From NCBI GenBank assembly GCA_963675755.2, contig CAXXMD010000002.1, positions 1,024,001-1,088,000 of the forward strand: a stretch of 64,000 nucleotides of DNA. The letters run 5' to 3'. This document shows positions 48,811 to 58,143 of this stretch, one piece after another (positions within the stretch are counted from its first letter, which is position 1; each line of letters opens with the position of its first letter). Below the pieces are notes generated by a model. It saw only the letters and a program-made list of their open reading frames with translations, ran no database searches and had not been told where the DNA came from. This DNA is from a bacterium (GTDB lineage: Bacteria; Zhuqueibacterota; Zhuqueibacteria; Residuimicrobiales; Krinioviventaceae). A program made the position numbers and the translations under genes.

Positions 48811-49698
48811 ATGAGATTATTATTGCTGGTAAATCCATTAGCGGGTAAAAAACAGGGGAAATCTGTAGCTGAAACTGCATTGGATAGATTGAAAAACAGT
48901 AATCTGGACGTAGAGTGCATTTTTTCAGAAAAACCAACACATTTAATTGATGTTGCGCGTGAACAGGTAAATGAAAAATGGGATGGTATAGTAGCTGTTG
49001 GTGGTGATGGTACCCTGTTCGAAGTCATAAATGGAATGATGAAGGGAAATCCCGCTCTCCCTATTCCACTGGGCGTTATACCGGTTGGTACCGGTAATTC
49101 ATTTTCCAAGGATCTCAACATTAATTCTCTGGATGACGCCATAGATAAAATTATAAACGGTCAGACAAGAAATATTGATCTCGGTAAAATTTCAACCCAA
49201 AATGATATCTATTACTTTATAAATATTGTAGGTTTTGGATTTGTATCTGATGTTGTAAAGCGAGCATCTTTGTATAAAAAATGGGGTGATCTCAGCTATA
49301 TCATTGGAGTTATGCAGGTAACAGCTAAACTGAAATCATATGAAATGGAATTTGAAATAGATGGGCATGAATTCAAACGGGACAATATCTTTGTAGAAAT
49401 TTGCAATTCCACAAAAACAGGTGGTGATATGATAATGGCCCCGGAAGCTGAAATAGATGACGGTTTGCTGGATGTTGTGATCTTGAATAAACTATCAAAA
49501 AGAAAACTGCTTGCAACCTTTCCCAAAATATTCAAAGGGACGCACATACATATTCCGGAAATTGAAACCTTTAAAGCCAAAGAAATGACATTTAAACCCG
49601 CAATTTCTAAAATTTTGACTCCTGATGGGGAAATTGTAGGAAACACTCCAATTTCGGTAACTGTATTACCAGGTAAAATCAAGGTATTTGATTCATGA
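48811..49698 (+). CDS. Diacylglycerol kinase-family lipid kinase (YegS/BmrU)
   Basis: VNPLAG, GGDGT, IPVGTGN.F, DDGLLD, DGE. Confidence 0.93.
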   Translation: MRLLLLVNPLAGKKQGKSVAETALDRLKNSNLDVECIFSEKPTHLIDVAREQVNEKWDGIVAVGGDGTLFEVINGMMKGNPALPIPLGVIPVGTGNSFSKDLNINSLDDAIDKIINGQTRNIDLGKISTQNDIYYFINIVGFGFVSDVVKRASLYKKWGDLSYIIGVMQVTAKLKSYEMEFEIDGHEFKRDNIFVEICNSTKTGGDMIMAPEAEIDDGLLDVVILNKLSKRKLLATFPKIFKGTHIHIPEIETFKAKEMTFKPAISKILTPDGEIVGNTPISVTVLPGKIKVFDS

Positions 49699-50411
49699 AA
49701 AAAATATTCGAAATTCTGATCTCGGCTCTCTCCTGGACCATTGGCATTGTTTTGTTTATACCCTTTGGATTGTCAATTATATTAACCAGTTTTGTGATGA
49801 ATCCAAAATATATTGATGGAAATATCAAAGCCGGATGTCGGTTTATCATGTGGATGATGGGCATTCACATCTCCACTGAAGGTAAATCTCTGATTGATAA
49901 AAATAAAACATATATCTTTATGGCCAATCATGTTAATCTTTTTGATGGTTTGGTGCTTTATGGACACATCCCTAATTATGCCAGAGGTGTTGAACTGGAC
50001 AAACATTTTAGCTGGCCATTTTGGGGTTACCTGATACGTAGAATGGGAATGATCCCCATCAGCCGTACCCAGGGCAAAAGCGCACTTGCAAGTCTTGAAA
50101 AAGCGAGAAAGAGCATTGAACAGGGAACGTCAATCATCATCCTGCCGGAAGGTACACGTACTCTTGATGGAAACCTGAAACCTTTTAAAAGAGGTCCATT
50201 TTATTTGGCGTTAAAGGCACAGGCAGACATTGTTCCTGTTGCCATGCTGGATGCATTTCGTATTAAGCGCAAAGGGAGCTGGCTCATTAAACCCGGCAAA
50301 ATGAAAATTAGATTTGATAAGCCCATACCTTTTGATCAAATAAAGGATATGGAAATCGCTGACATTCACACCCTGGTAAAAACAAAAATATCACAATTAA
50401 TTGAGTCCTGA
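49695..50411 (+). CDS. Lysophospholipid (PlsC-like) acyltransferase
   Basis: NHxxxxD (NHVNLFD), PEGTR, FKRG.F; 4-nt overlap with the kinase gene. Confidence 0.92.
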   Translation: MKKIFEILISALSWTIGIVLFIPFGLSIILTSFVMNPKYIDGNIKAGCRFIMWMMGIHISTEGKSLIDKNKTYIFMANHVNLFDGLVLYGHIPNYARGVELDKHFSWPFWGYLIRRMGMIPISRTQGKSALASLEKARKSIEQGTSIIILPEGTRTLDGNLKPFKRGPFYLALKAQADIVPVAMLDAFRIKRKGSWLIKPGKMKIRFDKPIPFDQIKDMEIADIHTLVKTKISQLIES

Positions 50412-50417
50412 TGTTAT

Positions 50418-50456
50418 AAAAAAAAAGGCAGCTGGAAATAATCCTGCTGCCTTTTT
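50418..50456. terminator. Bidirectional terminator between convergent genes
   Basis: A-run, GGCAGC..GGA-loop-TCC..GCTGCC, T-run. Confidence 0.82.
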
Positions 50457-50481
50457 AGCTTGGGTAAAGAAAACAAACGTA

Positions 50482-52140
50482 TTAATCTATAACGACAACA
50501 TCTTTATCAACATTCTCACCACATTGAATTACCGGCTTTTTATCCATAAACATATCCCCTTGCAGTTTAATATTTTTACTTTTTTCTCCATCAACATGAA
50601 TTTCAAAATTTTCCGGTAAAGGTACATACAATTGTGAGAATGAAATATTTTCACCCTGCATAATTTCTATTATTGGATTTTCTTTTACATTCAAAATTGT
50701 GTTTTCAAATTTAATATTATCTGTGAAAATACATTTGACACCTTTTTCAGAACTCATTTTCATATTATTAAAATGAATATCTTTGATATATAACTCGGGT
50801 AGTCCGCGTATAAAAACCGAAGTTTCAGCATTTAAACTGGTAATGGTATCAAAATCAATATTGCGAAATATTGGCGTACCTTCATCAACTTTTGGTATAT
50901 CATCAACTAGACCAATATTTTCATAAAACAAATCAAACAAGATGGCCTCAAAAAGAACATCAATCATTTGAATATTTTGAAAATACATATTTTCTACAAC
51001 GCCACCCCGGCCTCTTATGCTTTTAAATCTCAAACCAACATCCGTGCCGATAAAAGTACAATCGGAAACCCAAACATTATTTACGCCACCAGACATTTCG
51101 CTGCCGGTGGTTACCCCTCCATGTCCATGATAGACTGTGCAATTGTAGATAATAATATTTTCGCTGGCGACACCGCGTTTACGGCCAAATTCATCTCTTC
51201 CCGATTTAATACAAATTGCGTCATCTCCCACATCAAAGCTGCAATCATAAAGCAGAACATTTTTAGAGGATTCCAGATCAATTCCATCACCATTTTGTGA
51301 AAACCAGGGGTTCCTTACAGTAATATTGCGAATAATTATATTTTCGCACAACAAGGGATGAATATTCCATGCCGGAGAGTTTTGAAAAGTAGGCCCATCA
51401 ATAAGAATATTTTTACTATTTACCAGTCTTAACAATACAGGTCTTAGAAAATCTCTGGCTGGGAGATAATCTTCAATCTTGACATCAGGTTTATTCTCAA
51501 GAGAACGAATATATTCAGCACCCTGCATGGCACCTGGTGAAGGCCACCAAATATCACCATCCTCCTGAACTACGCCGCCAGATTCTTTTAATGCATTCCA
51601 TTGCTTAAAAGTCATTTTAAATCTTTTAACAGGGCGCCATGCACCACCAGAACCATCAATAATACCGGAACCGGTTATGGCAACATTTTCCGCATCTACG
51701 ATATTTATTGGGCTTGTACTACGCACTTGTTCCAGGCCTTCAAAGGAACTGTGAACCAGAGGATAATCACTTAAATCCTTACTAAATAAAAGCACAGCAC
51801 CTTTTTCCAAAAACAATTCCATATTACTTTTTAAATTGATAGGTCCAGTCAACCAGATTCCTTCCGGAACCAATATCCTGCCCCCTCCTGCTTTTTCACA
51901 ATCATCAATAGCTTTTTCAAATGCTTTTGTATTCTTTTCCAATCCGTTTCCGGTTGCATTGTAATCTAAAATATTGAATTCTTTTTCCGGAATGGAAGGT
52001 TCATAAATATCTCCCATTTCAAATGGAACCGGACCGGTTTCAGCTAATATCCATTCGGTTAAATTTTCAGTAAAACCAGCTGAACTGAAAAATATAAAAA
52101 TCAATACTACAAAATTTATTATGACATGTTCTTTTCTCAT
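50482..52140 (-). CDS. GH28 polygalacturonase-family glycoside hydrolase
   Basis: NGDG, GDD, GHG and RFKS catalytic motifs; beta-helix pattern; signal peptide. Confidence 0.93.
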   Translation of the reverse strand: MRKEHVIINFVVLIFIFFSSAGFTENLTEWILAETGPVPFEMGDIYEPSIPEKEFNILDYNATGNGLEKNTKAFEKAIDDCEKAGGGRILVPEGIWLTGPINLKSNMELFLEKGAVLLFSKDLSDYPLVHSSFEGLEQVRSTSPINIVDAENVAITGSGIIDGSGGAWRPVKRFKMTFKQWNALKESGGVVQEDGDIWWPSPGAMQGAEYIRSLENKPDVKIEDYLPARDFLRPVLLRLVNSKNILIDGPTFQNSPAWNIHPLLCENIIIRNITVRNPWFSQNGDGIDLESSKNVLLYDCSFDVGDDAICIKSGRDEFGRKRGVASENIIIYNCTVYHGHGGVTTGSEMSGGVNNVWVSDCTFIGTDVGLRFKSIRGRGGVVENMYFQNIQMIDVLFEAILFDLFYENIGLVDDIPKVDEGTPIFRNIDFDTITSLNAETSVFIRGLPELYIKDIHFNNMKMSSEKGVKCIFTDNIKFENTILNVKENPIIEIMQGENISFSQLYVPLPENFEIHVDGEKSKNIKLQGDMFMDKKPVIQCGENVDKDVVVID

Positions 52141-52147
52141 AAGTTCC

Positions 52148-53299
52148 TCAATAAACGTCCGAATCTAAAACATCATGCTCAATTGAATTTTTCTCCAACC
52201 AGTGTGGGTAATCATTGTTTAACAATGAAGCGGGCCAATAACCTAACCAGCCATATTCATTTCTACGCTCACTAGAAATTTCGGACAACTCTGTATAAAT
52301 TTTACCATCCCTGTCACTAAAAAAAGGACGGTTATCATTGATATTATAAAATCTGGCCCAAAGTGGAGGTGCATAATCATCATGGATCACTATCCTGTCA
52401 AATCCTGTTGGGCTTTCAGAGTCAGGTTGTTCAATAATCCGTTTCTGTTCTATCCTGACTTTGTGTAACCAGGTAATACCTGATTGAATAGATGTAACAA
52501 TTTCTTTTGAAGGATTCTCAATAGTCATTAAAAACCGCAAAATCCCGACAGTTGCCTTGCCGCTTATAGATACAAGCTCATAACTTCTTGCCTGTCTGGG
52601 TTCCAGCGTTCTTTCATCATATTGAGCGCACCAACCTGTTAATTCCCCATTAACCTTGATTTGACTTTCCAGTATACAATCTATTCCTTTGTCGATAGCC
52701 TTTTTAGCCTTGCTTTTTCTGCTTTGATCAACAAAAGAAAATTGCTCATTATGAACCGTTTCATTCAGTAAAAAAAGAATACCGGTCATTGCATCATCAT
52801 TAAAAGTGATATGTGAATAATATCCCCTTCTCAATGGATAATATTGCGGCCAGCCCCCATTATCATATTGAGCTGCTAAAATATAATCCAGGCCTTTTAA
52901 AAAGGCCAAAACATAACGATGATCACCGGTATAACGATATATTTGGGCAAGAAAAAAAAGCTGGGTATAGGTTGCACCATTATCAAAAGTTGCCAGCATT
53001 TCATTGGGATATTCAGCAAATCGATTCATAACCTCACTGCTCAATTCAACTGAATAATCCACATTCTTGGGCCATCCCCCCGAATCACGTTGATAAACAA
53101 GAACCCGTTCTGCAATTTGTTTTGCATCATTTGAACGGAACCATTCTGTATCATGGTCCATAAAAAATGCCCATAAATTTGATTGAACTGTCTTGTCAGC
53201 GTATACCAATTGATTGATTTCATTCGTACTATTGGCAAACGAAAAAATTGGTAATATCAAAAAAATCAAAACAATTATTTTTTTTATCAACGAATCCAT
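52148..53299 (-). CDS. pelA: Pectate lyase, family PL10 (PelA-type)
   Basis: GGWPKN, TFDNGAT, NGGWPQYYP, ITFNDDAM, ARSYE, WARFY, ERR.EY.W. Confidence 0.92.
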   Translation of the reverse strand: MDSLIKKIIVLIFLILPIFSFANSTNEINQLVYADKTVQSNLWAFFMDHDTEWFRSNDAKQIAERVLVYQRDSGGWPKNVDYSVELSSEVMNRFAEYPNEMLATFDNGATYTQLFFLAQIYRYTGDHRYVLAFLKGLDYILAAQYDNGGWPQYYPLRRGYYSHITFNDDAMTGILFLLNETVHNEQFSFVDQSRKSKAKKAIDKGIDCILESQIKVNGELTGWCAQYDERTLEPRQARSYELVSISGKATVGILRFLMTIENPSKEIVTSIQSGITWLHKVRIEQKRIIEQPDSESPTGFDRIVIHDDYAPPLWARFYNINDNRPFFSDRDGKIYTELSEISSERRNEYGWLGYWPASLLNNDYPHWLEKNSIEHDVLDSDVY

Positions 53300-53330
53300 T
53301 AAAAAAGCAGACCTTGTCTAAATCATTCAA

Positions 53331-53370
53331 AACAAAATAAACAGGGGCAAAAGCAAAACTTTTGCCCCTG
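53331..53370 (-). terminator. Rho-independent terminator after the repeat-protein gene
   Basis: CAGGGGCAAAAG-5nt-CTTTTGCCCCTG followed by TTTATTTTGT on the minus strand. Confidence 0.8.
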
Positions 53371-53377
53371 AACTCGA

Positions 53378-56300
53378 TTATTTCAACAACATCATTTTAT
53401 TAACTTTGGTAAAGTTATTGACTTCCATCCGGAAAAAGTAAAGACCGGATGAATAGTTTGCAGCGTTAAAAGATACCTGATATCGGCCGGCACCATACTG
53501 ACGATCAGCAAGCACTGCTACCTGCTGTCCCAGTGTGTTATAGATGGTAATCTTGACACGACCAGCTTCAGGCAACTGGAATGGAATCACTGTAACAGGA
53601 TTAAACGGATTCGGATAATTCTGTTTCAGATCATATGTTTGAGGTACGGTAGATTCAGTATCATAAGTGATAGCAGTATTAATTTTATCCACATACAATT
53701 CTTCAGGAATAGGTTCACCTTCATCCGGGCCATATGCGCCAGATAGATCAAGAATACACCAATCCATATATCCACCAATAGCATCTCCGGATCCATCACC
53801 AACTTTGATATAATTATCACTGTTAGACTCGCCGGATACACCTACCATAAAAGGCACAGGATTTTCATCGATATAGATTGTCGAAGTATCACCACTTATT
53901 GCAACACGGATGGTGTGCCATTCATACAGACTGAAATCACCTTGTACTTCAACACTGGATTTTTCCAGTTCAAGAGTGCTGTCTGCACCCCATATACGCA
54001 ACTCGTCACGTGAGCCAACATTTGCATTACGCCATTGCAGATCAAAGATACGGTCATAGGTAGAATCTGCCTCACCTTTGATTCTGGCAATCATGGTATA
54101 TGCTTTTTCACCATAACCTTCGGGGAAACTGTAACGGTACATACGTGTTCCGTTTGGCTGCAGATATTTGAATATCTTGTTGCCTTCAATATCGGGATCA
54201 TCAATAATCTCTTCAACCATATCCGCACCTGGTGCATCCTGACTCAGATCAGAAAGATCAAGGGTACAGATACTGGTATCAGAATCCGTTGGTAATACAC
54301 TTGCATCATATACCATCCAGCCGGGTTCAATAGGTGCAATATAAGGATCTACATAGATGCCTTCAGGAATTGCAAGGCCATCATTTGCACCATGTGCACC
54401 ATAAAAATCTACCATAATCCAGTCCAGATAACCACCAATGGCATCACCTGAACCATCACCAATTTTAATATAGGTATCGCTAGAAGTTTCAGTAGAACGT
54501 CCGGCAATATAAGGTGTTGAACGTTCATCAACAAAGACTGTTGCAGAATCACCACGTACTTCAATACGATAAGAGTGCCAACTGTACAAATTCAAATCAA
54601 CTTTAACTTGTACATCCGCTTTTTCAAGTTCAAGTGTGCTGTCTGCAGGCCAAATACGCAGTTCTTCACGGCTGTTGGCATTACCATTTCGCCATTGAAT
54701 ATCAAACACACGGTCATAAGCTACATGGTTTATGCCTTTCAGACGTACGAAAATGGTAAAAGATGAATCGGTAAATGTTTCAGCAAAACTGTGACGGTAC
54801 ATTTTGGTACCATCGGGCTGCAGATATTTCAAGACTTTATTACCTTCAATTTCTGCATCATCCGAAATTTGTTCAACAAAAGTTGTTCCGGGGGCATCCT
54901 GGCTCACTTCAGAGAGATCCAGGGTATCACCATTGCTGGTTGTTTCAGATGGTAAAATACTGGCATCATATACCAGCCAATGTGGAATTTCAGGTTCAGG
55001 GCCTGTATCAACCTGAAGATAACCGGGAACCGGTAGTCCCGCACCTGGAGCATAAGCACCGGAAACATCCATAATAAACCAATCAACATAACCACCGATT
55101 GCTTCACCAGAACCATCACCAATTTTTACATACTTGTCAGTACTTGCGGATTCAGAAACACCCGAAAGAACGGGTTGATCATTTTCATCAAGGTATATAT
55201 CTGCCTTGTCGCCGGTTACAACAATTCTGAATGTATGCCATTCATAAAAATCAACATCCAGTTTAATGCTAATATCTGCTTTTTCAAGCTCAATAGTACT
55301 GTCTACAGGCGAAACGCGAAGTTCTTCACGGGTACCTGCATTACCGTTTCTCCATTGAACATCAAAGACGCGGTCGTAGGTTTCCGGATCATTTTCGCCT
55401 TTCATACGGATCAGCATGGTCAAAGTAGAATCCGTGTAGCTTTCATCCAAATAATGACGATACATGGTTTTACCATCGGGATGCAGATATTTCAAAAGTT
55501 TATTCTCGGCAATATCAGGATCATCAACAATTTCCTGGATAAAACCTGCACCGGGAGAATTATCACTTACACTTGTAAGATCAAGGGTATCTCCTCCACC
55601 ATCAGTAAACTCGGGAAGTACACTTGCATCATATACCAACCAACTAGGTACATTGTTTTCCTGACCGTCTACAAAAAGAGTTTCAGGAATTTCCAAACCT
55701 TCTCCAGGAGCAAAAGCACCCGCTTTATCAAAAATAACCCAATCAACATAACCACCAATAGCATCACCGGAACCATCACCAATCTTGATGTAATTATCAC
55801 CACTGGTTGAACCGGAAATACCAGTTAGCACAGTAATGGGATTTTCATCAATGTACAAAGTTGCTTCATCGCCATTAACAGCAATACGATAGGTATGCCA
55901 TTCGTAGAGGTTCATATCAACTTTAATCTCTACATCAGCTTTTTCCAATTCAATGGTGCTGTCAGCAGGCCAGATACGTAATTCATCACGGCTGTTGGCA
56001 TTTCCATTGCGCCATTGTAAATCAAATGCTCTGTCATAAACCGAGCCAGTATCTGCTTTAACACGTGCAATCAATGTAAATGCAGAATCAGTATAACTTT
56101 CTTCAAAATAATGACGATACATGGTTTTACCATCAGGGTGCAAATATTTCAGTAATTTGTTACCGGAAATATCAACATCATCAATAATTTCCTGAATAAA
56201 ACCGGCACCTGGGGAATTATCACTCACACTGGTAAGATCAAGTACATCTCCACCTACTCCTGTTTCAGAAGGTAGAACACTGGCATCATAAACCAGCCAT

Positions 56301-57028
56301 TTTTGTACATCATCCATTAAACCATCAACATAATAGTCTTCAGGAAAAGCAGTTCCTTCACCGGGGGCATAAGCACCACTGTTGTCAAAAACAACCCAGT
56401 CAACATAACCGCCAATAGCATCACCAGAGCCATCACCAATTTTGATGTAATTGTCACCACTTGTTGATGTAGAAGCACCGCTAACAACAGCAATAGGAGC
56501 TTCATCAACGTAAACAGTAGCTTCATCACCATTTACAGCAATTCGGTAGGTATGCCATTCATAGAGATCCATATCAACTTTGATCTCAACATCTGCTTTT
56601 TCCAACTCGATAGTACTATCAGCAGGCCAGATACGTAATTCATCACGGCTATTGGCATTACCATTACGCCATTGCAGGTCAAACGCGCGGTCATAAACCG
56701 AACCCGTATCCGCTTTTACGCGTGCAACCAGGGTAAAAGCAGAATCCGTATATGCTTCATCAAAATAATGACGGTACATGGTTTTACCATCGGGATGAAG
56801 ATACTTTAAAATTTTATTACCCGTGATTGCAGGATCATCAATAATTTCCTGGATAAATCCTTCACCGGGTGAATCGTCACTGACACTTGTCAGATCGAGT
56901 ACATCACCGCCAGTTCCCGTTTCAGACGGCAACACACTTGCATCGTAGGTTAACCATTGTGCCTGTAACTGCGTTACGGCAAACAGCATCATTACGACAG
57001 CTAGTAGTACCAACCCTTTACTTTTCAT
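53378..57028 (-). CDS. Secreted protein with five tandem ~220-aa ConA/LamG-like modules and a C-terminal sorting domain
   Basis: Signal peptide; WLVYDASVLP...EWHTYRIAV.GD...IKIGDGSGDAIGGY repeated five times; NYPNPFNP..SSGLYF..KMMLLK. Confidence 0.88.
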   Translation of the reverse strand: MKSKGLVLLAVVMMLFAVTQLQAQWLTYDASVLPSETGTGGDVLDLTSVSDDSPGEGFIQEIIDDPAITGNKILKYLHPDGKTMYRHYFDEAYTDSAFTLVARVKADTGSVYDRAFDLQWRNGNANSRDELRIWPADSTIELEKADVEIKVDMDLYEWHTYRIAVNGDEATVYVDEAPIAVVSGASTSTSGDNYIKIGDGSGDAIGGYVDWVVFDNSGAYAPGEGTAFPEDYYVDGLMDDVQKWLVYDASVLPSETGVGGDVLDLTSVSDNSPGAGFIQEIIDDVDISGNKLLKYLHPDGKTMYRHYFEESYTDSAFTLIARVKADTGSVYDRAFDLQWRNGNANSRDELRIWPADSTIELEKADVEIKVDMNLYEWHTYRIAVNGDEATLYIDENPITVLTGISGSTSGDNYIKIGDGSGDAIGGYVDWVIFDKAGAFAPGEGLEIPETLFVDGQENNVPSWLVYDASVLPEFTDGGGDTLDLTSVSDNSPGAGFIQEIVDDPDIAENKLLKYLHPDGKTMYRHYLDESYTDSTLTMLIRMKGENDPETYDRVFDVQWRNGNAGTREELRVSPVDSTIELEKADISIKLDVDFYEWHTFRIVVTGDKADIYLDENDQPVLSGVSESASTDKYVKIGDGSGEAIGGYVDWFIMDVSGAYAPGAGLPVPGYLQVDTGPEPEIPHWLVYDASILPSETTSNGDTLDLSEVSQDAPGTTFVEQISDDAEIEGNKVLKYLQPDGTKMYRHSFAETFTDSSFTIFVRLKGINHVAYDRVFDIQWRNGNANSREELRIWPADSTLELEKADVQVKVDLNLYSWHSYRIEVRGDSATVFVDERSTPYIAGRSTETSSDTYIKIGDGSGDAIGGYLDWIMVDFYGAHGANDGLAIPEGIYVDPYIAPIEPGWMVYDASVLPTDSDTSICTLDLSDLSQDAPGADMVEEIIDDPDIEGNKIFKYLQPNGTRMYRYSFPEGYGEKAYTMIARIKGEADSTYDRIFDLQWRNANVGSRDELRIWGADSTLELEKSSVEVQGDFSLYEWHTIRVAISGDTSTIYIDENPVPFMVGVSGESNSDNYIKVGDGSGDAIGGYMDWCILDLSGAYGPDEGEPIPEELYVDKINTAITYDTESTVPQTYDLKQNYPNPFNPVTVIPFQLPEAGRVKITIYNTLGQQVAVLADRQYGAGRYQVSFNAANYSSGLYFFRMEVNNFTKVNKMMLLK
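53690..56956 (-). repeat. Five tandem intragenic repeats
   Basis: Repeat-initial Trp codons at 56956, 56299, 55642, 54979 and 54319 (periods 657, 657, 663, 660 nt); similarity is visible at DNA level; the lower boundary is approximate. Confidence 0.9.
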
Positions 57029-57102
57029 TACTCCTCCTTTTTAGAAATTAAATTTGTCTACCCATTTTATTTAATTCTATTATTATCTTTTCCGGCAGGA
57101 TG

Positions 57103-58122
57103 TCAAAAAGCAACACCTATTGAAAAACGGTTCACATTTTGGAACACCTCAAACTCCGAATAAGAGTAATCAAATGAAATCTTGTAACCACTGAAACCGG
57201 TTGCCAAACCCAAACCACATGACCAGGAAGCAATATCCTGGTTGGTCTGATAACCTCCGCGAAACGAAATACTTTTCATAAAAACATATTCAAGACCAAA
57301 ATTGGCCCGTTCTGTATAGTTATTGGGATGCAGAAAATCAACTGCAAGCATCAATTCATTTTTATCATTTCTCAACGCGGGAAATACCTGAAAAATATCC
57401 ATTGCAGCACCCATGGTAAATAACAAGGGTAAGGGTTCATATACTTTTTCGCGTTTGAGATTTGAAGAAAAATTGCGAATAGCCATTCCAAAGCGCAGGC
57501 TCTTTAAACCAGTGTAATATTTTACACCGGCATCAAAAACCAGCTTTACCGCTTTATTTTCTATCGTTTCACCGGTAGAAAAAGTATTGCTGCCCAAATT
57601 GTGCTCAACATAACGCAGATTTCCACCAATAAGGAAACGATCACTGATAGCGCGTCCATATGTCAAACCGATTGCTATTGCACCAACATCATCCAGGGCT
57701 CCGTCATCTCTGTACCCCAGAGGATACATGCTGCTCTCTGCCTCTGTAATTAAGCTGGTTCCGTTGATTGTACCGTAATCAACCCAAAGCACACTCAGAC
57801 CAAAAGAACCCATATTGCCTGCATTCCAGACAATGGCATCTGCCATGTAATTAATATCCGCAATCCAACGAGTATCACACATTTTAAAATCAAAGCGGGA
57901 CGGAGATTCAACAATACCCGCAGGATTAAAAAATATACTTTCTGCACCTTCGCCAACTGCAATAAATGTTTCACCCAAAGCTGCCGCCCGGGGAGAAACA
58001 TTGACCAGCAAAAAGTTCATGGTGCTCTGACCAACCTTTTTCAACCCCACTTGCGCCGTAGCAACCGTACTGACTGCAAGCATGATGACCAGGTTTAGCA
58101 GGATTAATTTATATAGTTTCAT
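57103..58122 (-). CDS. PorV/PorQ (UPF0164)-family outer-membrane beta-barrel
   Basis: FL..SPRAAALGE, SIFFNPAG, W.ADI, LP..F..G, DYSY, C-terminal Phe. Confidence 0.85.
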   Translation of the reverse strand: MKLYKLILLNLVIMLAVSTVATAQVGLKKVGQSTMNFLLVNVSPRAAALGETFIAVGEGAESIFFNPAGIVESPSRFDFKMCDTRWIADINYMADAIVWNAGNMGSFGLSVLWVDYGTINGTSLITEAESSMYPLGYRDDGALDDVGAIAIGLTYGRAISDRFLIGGNLRYVEHNLGSNTFSTGETIENKAVKLVFDAGVKYYTGLKSLRFGMAIRNFSSNLKREKVYEPLPLLFTMGAAMDIFQVFPALRNDKNELMLAVDFLHPNNYTERANFGLEYVFMKSISFRGGYQTNQDIASWSCGLGLATGFSGYKISFDYSYSEFEVFQNVNRFSIGVAF

Positions 58123-58143
58123 TAATGTCTCCTTGCTTCCGAA

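Noticed and set aside
55175-55810. 211-aa plus-strand ORF
   Set aside because: Antisense to the repeat protein, with no motif or RBS support
53690-56956. Long DNA repeats as a possible CRISPR array, DGR template/variable pair or assembly artefact
   Set aside because: They are in-frame ~660-nt protein modules with many synonymous differences; there are no spacers and no reverse transcriptase in the window
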